From Candidatus Heimdallarchaeota archaeon (GTDB lineage Archaea > Asgardarchaeota > Heimdallarchaeia > JABLTI01): a stretch of 32,000 bases of DNA. Under the pieces are notes generated by a model. It saw nothing but the letters and a program-made list of their open reading frames with translations. It was not told where the DNA came from and made no database searches. Position 1 is the first letter of the stretch; each line of letters opens with the position of its first letter. Shown piece by piece: positions 18,319-26,621 of the stretch. A program made the translations under genes and the position numbers. Where the stretch lies: NCBI GenBank assembly GCA_030614005.1, contig JAUWKS010000031.1, forward strand, positions 1 through 32,000, read 5' to 3'.

Positions 18319-19680
18319 ATGAGTATCGATAAATCTTCTCAAGATGATGAAATGCCTCCTAGCTTAATGGAAGTGCTTTCAAACAAATCATTTTTTATTG
18401 CATTCTCAGGCCACATTTTTGAAATGCTAGGTGCAAGTGCAATGTATATTGCCCTTATGTTTCTAATATATTCTTACACACAAAGTGTTACAATGATAGG
18501 AATATTTCAAATAGTTACAATGCTTCCAGCCATTTTTCTTGCTCCTTTTGCTGGTGTAATCGTAGATAGAACGGATCAACGAAAAATAATGCTGTTTTCT
18601 ATAGCTATACGTTTAGTAACTGCTGTAGGATTGGCTATTGTTTATTTTTTCCATAATACTATACACAGTAATCTGTATTTGATATTATTATATGTGATTT
18701 TTACAATAAGAGTTTCAATTTGGCCCTTTTTCTCTCCCGCAAAGAGTGCATATACAAAACTAATAATCCCAAAGAGAAATTTGTTAAAAGCAAATTCTTT
18801 TAGCTCGACTGCATTGAAAATTGCAGGAGTGTTAGGGCCAATTATTTCCGGTGCACTTATCGCTATTAATTATTCAATTGGATTCATTTTTGCAATTGCT
18901 GCTTCAACAATTTCAATTTTGTTTTTCTTGTTACTGGTTTTTACAGGGCAAAAGCCTCCTACAAATGAGCATTCTCTTGAAGAGTTTAGAAACTCGAAAT
19001 CCAAGTTTAGAATTGTTGCAGATGATTTTAAAGTTGGAATCGATGCAATAAAATCCTCACCAAAAATCGGATATGTAATAGTGATTTTAGCATTTGTTCA
19101 TTTTGCATTTGCTGGGATTGACATTATGTGGCCTGTAATATTGCAATCTCCAACCGAAATGAATCTTAATAGCACTTGGTTTGGTGCCATGGAATCTGTG
19201 ATTGCTGGTGCTGCAATTCTAGCTGGATTGGTTGTGATGTTCTTTAAGCGTATTGACCGAAAGATCATACTTATGACGGGCTTCCAAGTGCTAGAAGGAC
19301 TAGCAATGATTTTAATGGCATTTATCCGTAATGAATGGTTAATGATTTTTCTAATAATGTTACCCTTTGGAATAGTAAATGGTTTTTATAACATCGCTTT
19401 TGAAACATTGGTCCAAGAAAATACCCCGTATGAAAAACAAGGTCGGGTTTTCAGTGTAGAATATTTTCTAAGTTCATTAACCCTTACAATAGGATTAACA
19501 ATAATAACTTTGATTACTATGTTTATTGAAAATATTCCACCAGGTGTTTTTCTATATATAGCTGGTGGCATTGAATTGGTTGTTTTATTGGTTGGTTTTC
19601 TTTTTATTTTTAAGAAAAAACTATATACTTCGGATTATCCTATAAGCGAAACTATTGTACAAACCAAAGATATTCAATAA
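18319..19680 (+). CDS. MFS transporter (DHA3/MefA-like)
   Basis: About 12 hydrophobic segments; AGVIVDRTDQRKIM motif A; QGRVFS. Start moved from 18223 to the ATG at 18319 because the track's first 32 codons look non-coding. Confidence 0.9.
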   Translation: MSIDKSSQDDEMPPSLMEVLSNKSFFIAFSGHIFEMLGASAMYIALMFLIYSYTQSVTMIGIFQIVTMLPAIFLAPFAGVIVDRTDQRKIMLFSIAIRLVTAVGLAIVYFFHNTIHSNLYLILLYVIFTIRVSIWPFFSPAKSAYTKLIIPKRNLLKANSFSSTALKIAGVLGPIISGALIAINYSIGFIFAIAASTISILFFLLLVFTGQKPPTNEHSLEEFRNSKSKFRIVADDFKVGIDAIKSSPKIGYVIVILAFVHFAFAGIDIMWPVILQSPTEMNLNSTWFGAMESVIAGAAILAGLVVMFFKRIDRKIILMTGFQVLEGLAMILMAFIRNEWLMIFLIMLPFGIVNGFYNIAFETLVQENTPYEKQGRVFSVEYFLSSLTLTIGLTIITLITMFIENIPPGVFLYIAGGIELVVLLVGFLFIFKKKLYTSDYPISETIVQTKDIQ

Positions 19681-19716
19681 ATGATAAATTCCATTCTTTA
19701 AAATTGTTTTTTGAAG

Positions 19717-19750
19717 AAAAATTAGATTAAACTTCTGGTACTTTTTTATA
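19717..19750 (+). promoter_or_regulatory. 34-bp direct repeat, copy 1, ending in a TATA-like element
   Basis: AAAAATTAGATTAAACTTCTGGTACTTTTTTATA; 31/34 identical to 21176-21209. Confidence 0.65.
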
Positions 19751-19883
19751 TTGATACGCTTTCAGCATCACTCAAAATGCTACTATTGAATAGTTCTCAT
19801 TATATTAGAAATTCGTTATTTCCTCAAGATTTATTTTCTACTTATGACAATAGGAACTAAATTATTCTTTCGAGTGAATCAAA

Positions 19884-21158
19884 TTGCTACGGGAACTAAA
19901 TGAGCTGGAATACATTGGTTATGCATTAGGCCAACCTTTCAATGTTGCAGTGATGCTCAAACTTCAAGGTCAAATATCAGCTGATTTGTTAGTTTCAACA
20001 CTATCCAAACTTCAGAAGAGGCACCCATTATTACAGACTAGAATTATTTTCGATGATAAACAGCGCCCTTGGCTAACTTCTGAAGGAGTTGGTTCAATTC
20101 CAGTAACAATTATAGCTCGAGAGAATGAGTCTCAAGGTATAGATGAACTAAACAGACAACTAGCAACTTCTTTTGATCTTGAAAATGAAGAATTGCCATT
20201 AGCGAGAGTTATTTTATTTTCATCACCTGAAAGATCTGAATTGATCATTTGTGCTCTTCATATCATAACAGACGGAATGTCTATGACTCATTTTATTAAA
20301 GACTTTGTAAAATACATGGCGAATCCAGATGAACCAATAATACCATTAGAATTACCAACTAAGGATATTAATCCATTAACAAAGAAAGTATTAAGAATAA
20401 TTCCGAAATCAAAATTGTCTGTATATGTGATTTATGCTTTTTTAAGAATCTACAATTTTACTAGGTATCTATTTACAGGTAGAAGAAAAACAGCTAAATT
20501 CAACATACAAGAAAAAGACATGGCAGTCTATTCTTGTCAATTTAATCAAAAACAAACACAAGAATTCTTAGAGAGAAGCAAAAAGGAAAAAGTTTCTATT
20601 CATAGCTCTTTATGTACAGCGTTTTTATCTGAATATCCAATAATAGCTACTACAGTAAACCTTAGAAAAAGATTAAGACATAAAATAGGAGAGTCATTTG
20701 GTTTTTACTCAAGTGTTATTGTTTTTAATAAAAGATATAATAAATCTCAAGGTTTTTGGAGCAATGCTCGTAAGTTTCAAAGAAAATTGCGCTGGAATTT
20801 ACGAGATAGAAAGGTGTATCTAATTCACAGACTCCTTCTAAAGAAAGCTTCATTTAAGTTTCTACAAAAAATAAGCACATATTATACTGAAATTGCTACA
20901 AATAAGAATCCTTTTTCAGTCAACAATCTTGGTTCGTTGGAAGATTTTGCTCAAACTATTGACAATGAAGATTTTATTAAAATAGATTCATTTTTTGGTG
21001 GAGTCACTAGTTTTCTCAATACATTTATTGTTCTGGTCTATACTTTTAGAAATGAAATGCATTTACATTATCACTATCCAACTGAGCTTTATTCTTTAGA
21101 TAATATAATTTCTATCTCTGAAACAGCTAAAGAAAGAATATTGAATGCACTAAAATGA
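19884..21158 (+). CDS. Condensation-domain/CoA-dependent acyltransferase (PapA5/alcohol acetyltransferase-like)
   Basis: N-terminal RELNELE, LQKRHPLLQTRI, PLARV and catalytic HIITDG (HxxxDG); C-terminal SVNNLG. Confidence 0.8.
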   Translation: MLRELNELEYIGYALGQPFNVAVMLKLQGQISADLLVSTLSKLQKRHPLLQTRIIFDDKQRPWLTSEGVGSIPVTIIARENESQGIDELNRQLATSFDLENEELPLARVILFSSPERSELIICALHIITDGMSMTHFIKDFVKYMANPDEPIIPLELPTKDINPLTKKVLRIIPKSKLSVYVIYAFLRIYNFTRYLFTGRRKTAKFNIQEKDMAVYSCQFNQKQTQEFLERSKKEKVSIHSSLCTAFLSEYPIIATTVNLRKRLRHKIGESFGFYSSVIVFNKRYNKSQGFWSNARKFQRKLRWNLRDRKVYLIHRLLLKKASFKFLQKISTYYTEIATNKNPFSVNNLGSLEDFAQTIDNEDFIKIDSFFGGVTSFLNTFIVLVYTFRNEMHLHYHYPTELYSLDNIISISETAKERILNALK

Positions 21159-21175
21159 AGAGAAGTGATAAAGGT

Positions 21176-21209
21176 AAAAATTGAATTAAACTTCTGGTGC
21201 TTTTTTATA
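21176..21209 (+). promoter_or_regulatory. 34-bp direct repeat, copy 2; probable promoter of the TIM-barrel gene
   Basis: AAAAATTGAATTAAACTTCTGGTGCTTTTTTATA; its TATA-like end lies 37 bp before the TTG at 21247, with a GAGGT RBS in between. Confidence 0.65.
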
Positions 21210-21246
21210 GTAGAACGAGTATTGGATTAATGAGGTAGGAAAATAA

Positions 21247-22083
21247 TTGAAAATTGGTGCTTCTTTTACATTGGAAAAATTGCAGTTAGCAGATCTCGTT
21301 GCAGCAAAACGAATTGGGTTTGATTTTGTTGAGTTCTACATTGGAGATTATTATGCAGATGTAGACGAACTCAATTTGCAATTAATTGCAATTAGAGAGA
21401 TTATTGATTCTTATGATCTATTTACAGTAATTCATTTAGCACATCTAAACACACAAATTATATCTGATGTTGCACTGTGGACGGATTATGTTGATCGAAT
21501 ATCAGATGAGATAGAATTAATTGGAAAATTGGGCATAACTAAAAAATTAGTTTTTCATGGCGTATTTGGTCATACAGAAGATCCTAAAGATGTTTCACTA
21601 GAAAAGTTATCTGAAGCGAAAGATGCTGCAATTAGTGAATGGATAAAAATTGCTAAGCGGAATAATCTTCAAATGTTGCTTGAAAATACAGACGAATCTG
21701 TAGATGATCTCAAACCTGTTTTCAAAAAACACAAAGATTTAGGTTTTACTTTTGATATTGGACATGCAAATATCATCTTTCCTGGAACGGCTCATAAAAC
21801 CTCTGAAGAAAAAATCTACTCTCTGCTTGAAACATTCAAGAAACAATTGAAACATATTCATTTACACGACAATTTTGGTGGATATTCTGAGCAAGCGGAT
21901 ATTCATTTACCAATAGGTACGGCTTCCATTGATTTCAAAAGATTTATTTCAAAATTAAAAGAAATGAACTACACTGAAACAATTACTCTCGAGATATATA
22001 ATCGAGAATTTTTACCTATCTATTTGGAAGCATCTTTTCTAGCTTTGATGGAAATTTTCTCTGATTGCGGTATCAAGCCCTAA
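21247..22083 (+). CDS. Sugar phosphate isomerase/epimerase (xylose isomerase-like/AP endonuclease 2 TIM barrel)
   Basis: VEF, FHG, LLEN, TFDIGHAN, HIHLHDN, HLPIGTASIDF and TLE metal-binding motifs. Confidence 0.88.
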   Translation: MKIGASFTLEKLQLADLVAAKRIGFDFVEFYIGDYYADVDELNLQLIAIREIIDSYDLFTVIHLAHLNTQIISDVALWTDYVDRISDEIELIGKLGITKKLVFHGVFGHTEDPKDVSLEKLSEAKDAAISEWIKIAKRNNLQMLLENTDESVDDLKPVFKKHKDLGFTFDIGHANIIFPGTAHKTSEEKIYSLLETFKKQLKHIHLHDNFGGYSEQADIHLPIGTASIDFKRFISKLKEMNYTETITLEIYNREFLPIYLEASFLALMEIFSDCGIKP

Positions 22084-22136
22084 TTTAGCTACCTTAAAAT
22101 AAGCGTCTCTAACCAACCTCTTCTGAGGAAACATAA

Positions 22137-22898
22137 ATGAATAATTTGTCATTAGAAGAAAAAATAGAACTAACAGCTGAATGGATTGCGAATTCAAAAC
22201 ATCTCGTAGCATTTACTGGTGCTGGGATAAGTACTCAATCTGGCATTCCCGATTTTCGAGGACCAGATGGAGTTTGGACGAGAAGAGATAAGGGTTTACC
22301 TCCGCCAAAAATAAAAAAAGATTGGTCTGAAATTGGTCCAAATGAAGGTCATCTCGTACTCGTAGAATTACAAAAAATGGGTTTGCTCAAATTTTTGATA
22401 ACTCAAAATACTGATAATCTTCATAGGCGGTCTGGAATTGATTTTGATTCAATTTCTGAATTACATGGTAATGGCACATTGTTGAAGTGCCTCTCGTGTG
22501 ACAAAAGAATGACTTATGGAGAAGCAGGTTGGGATAAGAATATCCTTGGACCGGGTTATTTAACACAACCAACCAAACCAGCGCAACCGAACTGCCCTCA
22601 TTGTCAAGGAAGATTGATATCTTCAGTAATTAACTTTGGAGATCCAATGCCTGAATATGATTTCAAAATTGCACACGAACATTCAGAAAAATCAGATGTT
22701 TATTTGATGATCGGCTCTTCTCTTGTGGTTAATCCTGCAGCAGATTTACCAATTTTAGCAATGGACAATGATGCTAAAACAATTCTGATTAACATTGGTG
22801 AAACTCCATTAGATGAAAAAGTGGATATTAAAATCGAAGAAAAAATTGGTGGAATACTAACTCAAATCTTATCGAAGGTCAAGGCAAAACTAGTTTAG
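22137..22898 (+). CDS. cobB: Sir2-family NAD-dependent protein deacylase
   Basis: TGAGISTQSGIPDFRG, TQNTD, ELHG, CxxC...CxxC Zn site, INFGD, IGSSLVVNPAA, IN. Confidence 0.9.
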   Translation: MNNLSLEEKIELTAEWIANSKHLVAFTGAGISTQSGIPDFRGPDGVWTRRDKGLPPPKIKKDWSEIGPNEGHLVLVELQKMGLLKFLITQNTDNLHRRSGIDFDSISELHGNGTLLKCLSCDKRMTYGEAGWDKNILGPGYLTQPTKPAQPNCPHCQGRLISSVINFGDPMPEYDFKIAHEHSEKSDVYLMIGSSLVVNPAADLPILAMDNDAKTILINIGETPLDEKVDIKIEEKIGGILTQILSKVKAKLV

Positions 22899-22907
22899 CT
22901 TTGCTTT

Positions 22908-23237
22908 TCATATTTGAGACCATTTAATACTGATTTGAAATGATTTTGCAGATGCACGATAATATTTCATTACAATGCTGAATTCATTTACTTTTTCACG
23001 TGAGATAAATACTAAATGATTTTCTAATAGATCAGTTAGATGACGTTTAACTGTTCCTGGATTCATACCAGTTGCATGCTTCAAATCAATGATGGTCATT
23101 TCTTTACTGATAAGAAGTTTAAGAATTTCTTCTTTTTTAGGATGGAAAAGAATTGGAACAGCATCAGGATTAGTTATTTGCATCTCATCTTGAATAAAGG
23201 CTATTTTTTTTCCTTCAGTCTCTTCTGATTCATTCAT
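22908..23237 (-). CDS. ArsR-like winged helix-turn-helix regulator
   Basis: LFHPKKEEILKLL, MTIIDL, VKRHLTDL and KYYRA pattern. Confidence 0.85.
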   Translation of the reverse strand: MNESEETEGKKIAFIQDEMQITNPDAVPILFHPKKEEILKLLISKEMTIIDLKHATGMNPGTVKRHLTDLLENHLVFISREKVNEFSIVMKYYRASAKSFQISIKWSQI

Positions 23238-23263
23238 TTAACTTTCACACCCTATGATTGTAA

Positions 23264-24187
23264 TTATTTTTCCCTAGTCTTTTCTTCCCCATTGTTTTTC
23301 AGCTGATTGTGGTCCAAATCATCATGATTTTCAGTCAATGGTTTAAATCTTTCAAAATCAACACTGTTGTATACTCTTGTAGAAATTAGTGTTTTTAATG
23401 GATATCCAATAAAGAGATAGACGAGATAGAGTAGTAAAGCGAAGATATCAAATATTAGAAACAATCTATTTGGGCCCAAGAAATTGTGGAGTTCCATACG
23501 CACAAAAGATAATGCTACTATTGGAAAGATAAAAATAAAAAAATACGTTCCCCAGGTTTTGAGGATTCGCATTGGATGCTTTCTTAAGATACGGAAAGTT
23601 TCTACAAAACTGTTTTTGAAACTTCCTTGTGCTGTTACACTCGGTAGGGTTCCACTTGAAATTACTATAAAGATAAAATAGATCATTAGTTGTATAACCA
23701 TAATTCCGATGTCAAAGTAAATATTACTTGTTATTTCATTAAACTCAAGATATTCTCTTCTTCTTGGAATGAATATACTAACTACTGAGATGAGCGAAAA
23801 TAGCATATACTGCCACCAAAATCTCTGAAAATATTTGAATGCTCGTTTAAATTCAGAGAACATATCACCAGAAGACATCACATCATAAGCAAGTCCATAT
23901 TGACAATTAAGAAAACTCACTACCAAAGTGTGTGTGATACCCATAAAAATTGTTCCGATAATTGAATACCGGATATCATCTCTATTTTTAATATTTGATA
24001 TAACACCACTAAAGGTAAGAGATGGTACAGAGGCAATAACCATAGCAAAGATACCGCCAGCAAGTAGGAGTGCTAAAATGAAGGATATGAAGACAAAAAG
24101 CTCTGTCATTAGAAAAGCTCTATAATTAGCTTTTAGCAGTTTCCAACTTATTTTATAATCAAGTTTGACTTCAGATTCTTTGGACAT
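23264..24187 (-). CDS. Multi-pass membrane protein of unknown function
   Basis: About six hydrophobic segments; ATG preceded by GAGAGATGCTG; 26 bp upstream of the co-oriented wHTH gene. Confidence 0.75.
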   Translation of the reverse strand: MSKESEVKLDYKISWKLLKANYRAFLMTELFVFISFILALLLAGGIFAMVIASVPSLTFSGVISNIKNRDDIRYSIIGTIFMGITHTLVVSFLNCQYGLAYDVMSSGDMFSEFKRAFKYFQRFWWQYMLFSLISVVSIFIPRRREYLEFNEITSNIYFDIGIMVIQLMIYFIFIVISSGTLPSVTAQGSFKNSFVETFRILRKHPMRILKTWGTYFFIFIFPIVALSFVRMELHNFLGPNRLFLIFDIFALLLYLVYLFIGYPLKTLISTRVYNSVDFERFKPLTENHDDLDHNQLKNNGEEKTREK

Positions 24188-24310
24188 ACAGCATCTCTCG
24201 TTTGCTTTTTTAAATGCCTTTCACAATAATTATTTATGTGGATACAACCATAATAGAAAGCATCTGATTTTAGGTTTTTGTTTAGTTTTCTTATTTTTAT
24301 TAGAAAATGA

Positions 24311-24349
24311 AAAAGAAAAAGAGCGTTGAGCGTTCGCTCTTTTCTTTTC
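24311..24349 (-). terminator. Strong hairpin with U-tract terminating the ABC operon
   Basis: AAAAGAAAAAGAGCG-TTGAGCGTT-CGCTCTTTTCTTTT. On the minus strand the stem is followed by TTTTTCTTTTT, just past the permease stop at 24363. Confidence 0.7.
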
Positions 24350-24362
24350 CGTGAGTCCTAGT

Positions 24363-25256
24363 CTATTTCTTCTGCCGAAACCGGAATAAGATATAGGAAC
24401 TAGCTATGAGAAGCGTTGTATAACTTAGCATACCTGCTACTGCTCCGCCTATGCTTGGTGTAATCCATTGAAAAACAGTGATTCCTTCACCGGGTCCTCT
24501 TCTGAGAGTGATTTCTGCATATCTTTCTACAGGCATATCAAATATACTACTAATAATATTTGAGTAGTAGGTTAGAATAAATACAGGTTCAAATGTTGCT
24601 CCCGTCACCCTTAGTAACTGATCTATTAAATTAAAGACTATTAATATTAGCAATATACTTAGAATGATTGTTCCAGCATTGCTTTTCATTAAACTACTGA
24701 AAAATATTACTACGGAAAATACAGTCAATGTATATAGTAATGCCCATCCCCATGAAGCAAAGAATAATGAGGAAATGGTTCCATAATAAATAAGAGTAGT
24801 AATTCCAACTAGAAGATAATATGTTGTTACAGCAACTATGGCATAGATAAATCGGGCTACAAGTCGACCAGTAAGTAGACGAGCTTTTGTTGTTTTTGGG
24901 AATATCAAATTACCTGTGTCTTTTTGATAATCTTCAGAAATAATAGATGAACCTAATGTTACAGCAATTACCATTACTAATAATGGAAATATCATCGTTA
25001 GATAATTACCTGTAATATAATTTACATTTGATTCTGGAAGCTCTAACCCTCTACCTTGTTGTATAAGGTCTATTATGAAAAATAGTAAAAAGACAAATAC
25101 TGATGCACCAATTGCAATGAGTAGATTCATTTTGTTCCGAATAAATTCAAATTTAATTGTAGAGCCTATCTGCCTCGAGCCAATGTACATAGCATCTTGA
25201 AATTTCATAATTCTTGATTCTTTAGTTTCTGCTTGTTGTATGTTCATTTTTTTCAC
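24363..25256 (-). CDS. ABC-2 type transporter permease
   Basis: About six TM segments; SIISEDYQKDTGNLIFPKTTKARLLTGR (EAA-like loop); adjacent to the ATPase gene. Confidence 0.88.
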   Translation of the reverse strand: MKKMNIQQAETKESRIMKFQDAMYIGSRQIGSTIKFEFIRNKMNLLIAIGASVFVFLLFFIIDLIQQGRGLELPESNVNYITGNYLTMIFPLLVMVIAVTLGSSIISEDYQKDTGNLIFPKTTKARLLTGRLVARFIYAIVAVTTYYLLVGITTLIYYGTISSLFFASWGWALLYTLTVFSVVIFFSSLMKSNAGTIILSILLILIVFNLIDQLLRVTGATFEPVFILTYYSNIISSIFDMPVERYAEITLRRGPGEGITVFQWITPSIGGAVAGMLSYTTLLIASSYILFRFRQKK

Positions 25257-25270
25257 CTTATCTGCTTTTT

Positions 25271-26293
25271 TTATGACCCGTTTTCCAAGAATCCAATATA
25301 CAAACTCTCAAGAAGATTTGTTCTTGGTACCGAAAACTCAGCAATTTTTACTTTGTTTTCAATAAGTGCTTCAAGAATTTTATTTTTATTTTCTGCACTT
25401 CCATCAAATTGCACTTCAAACACTTTGAGATTGGAATTGTATTGAACAATATCTTCTCCATTCAAATCTCCAACAATATCTATGATGATTTTAGTTAACT
25501 TTTCAACCATTTCATCAATATTTTCAGGTTGTTCTTGCAACTCAATTTGTAACATGCTCTTTTTCACTTTAGCTTCAAGCTTTTCAACAGTATCAAACGC
25601 AATTATCTTTCCGTTGTTGATAATAGCAATTTTATCAGATATTTCACTTACTTCATAGAGTAAATGACTGCTCAAAAAGATCGTTTTCCCTTGTGCTTTT
25701 AGTTTCATTAAAATCTCTCTAACCTCTTTTCGAGCTTTTGGATCTAAACCTGTTTGAGGTTCGTCAAGAACTAAAACAGAAGGATCATGTACAAATGCTG
25801 AAACAAGACCGATTTTTTGTCTCATTCCCTTTGAGAAGGTTTTGATTTTTTTATCAATCCACTCTTTCATTCCTACTAATTCTAGAACCTCCTCAATACG
25901 GTTCTTTATTTCTTTTCGAGGATAACCTTTCAATTCTGCGAAATAAGTTAAAATTTGTCTCGGAGTCATATGATCATAGAAAGTTGGATTTTCTATTAGG
26001 AAACCGATGTCTTTTAGTATCACATCTCTATTTCCTCGATCTAATTTTACCAATTCTTCATCCTTACAGAAAAATATCTCTCCTTCTGATGGACTAATTA
26101 AACCAGCTATCATTTTCATTGTCGTCGATTTCCCAGCTCCGTTTGGTCCTAAGAAACCTATTATTTCTCCATGTGGGAGATTTAATGATAAATCTGATAC
26201 TGCTGTAAAATTTCCAAAGTTCCGAGTTAAACCTTGCAAACTAATCGCAACATCTTGTGCTTCTTTTGTCAATTTAATCGCTACCTTTTGCAT
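25271..26293 (-). CDS. ABC transporter ATP-binding protein
   Basis: GPNGAGKST Walker A, FSKGMRQ signature, VLDEP Walker B, SSH H-loop. Start placed at the ATG at 26293 (the track uses TTG 26302). Confidence 0.95.
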   Translation of the reverse strand: MQKVAIKLTKEAQDVAISLQGLTRNFGNFTAVSDLSLNLPHGEIIGFLGPNGAGKSTTMKMIAGLISPSEGEIFFCKDEELVKLDRGNRDVILKDIGFLIENPTFYDHMTPRQILTYFAELKGYPRKEIKNRIEEVLELVGMKEWIDKKIKTFSKGMRQKIGLVSAFVHDPSVLVLDEPQTGLDPKARKEVREILMKLKAQGKTIFLSSHLLYEVSEISDKIAIINNGKIIAFDTVEKLEAKVKKSMLQIELQEQPENIDEMVEKLTKIIIDIVGDLNGEDIVQYNSNLKVFEVQFDGSAENKNKILEALIENKVKIAEFSVPRTNLLESLYIGFLENGS

Positions 26294-26357
26294 TATTTGC
26301 AAACACTATAGTTTTCTGGGTTCATTAACTATATAAGCGTTTGCAAAAGTTGCAAAC
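26287..26357. promoter_or_regulatory. Two TTTGCA-N5-TGCAAA palindromes flanking the TATA box of the ABC operon
   Basis: Site 1: 26287-26303, TTTGCA-TTATT-TGCAAA. Site 2: 26340-26356, TTTGCA-AAAGT-TGCAAA. TATATAAG at 26330-26337 reads CTTATATA on the minus strand. Confidence 0.7.
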
Positions 26358-26462
26358 ACCATGCGTCTTACAATAACTAATAAAAGAAAAGTTTCCAAAA
26401 AACAGCAATAGACCTTTTCAAAAAAGGAATAAATATAGTCTAATTTTTTTAATTTGGTGAGG

Positions 26463-26621
26463 AATGATGAGATACAAAAAACTGATGCTCTACAAAAACA
26501 ATATGATTCTTTTGATGCTAAAGCTTCTGATTGTTCATAATGTGGTGACTTTATAGAACGTTGTCCATTTGAAGTGCAAGTTATAGAAAAAATGAAAGAA
26601 GCAGCTACGTTGTTTGAGTAG
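26463..26621 (+). pseudogene. Remnant of a C-terminal 4Fe-4S domain, resembling aldo/keto reductase-ferredoxin fusion C-termini
   Basis: Translates as NDEIQKTDALQKQYDSFDAKASDCS*CGDFIERCPFEVQVIEKMKEAATLFE*. In-frame TAA at 26538-26540 and Cys->Phe in the CxxCxxCxxxCP motif. Confidence 0.7.

Noticed and set aside
26384-26443. KKSFQKTAIDLFKKGINIV as a tyrosine-integrase fragment
   Set aside because: Only a vague spacing resemblance; the catalytic His/Arg residues are absent and it is too short to support.
26538-26540. Recoded stop (Sec/Pyl) in the Fe-S remnant
   Set aside because: The codon is TAA, not TGA or TAG; a second cluster Cys is also lost and the 5' part of the gene is missing.
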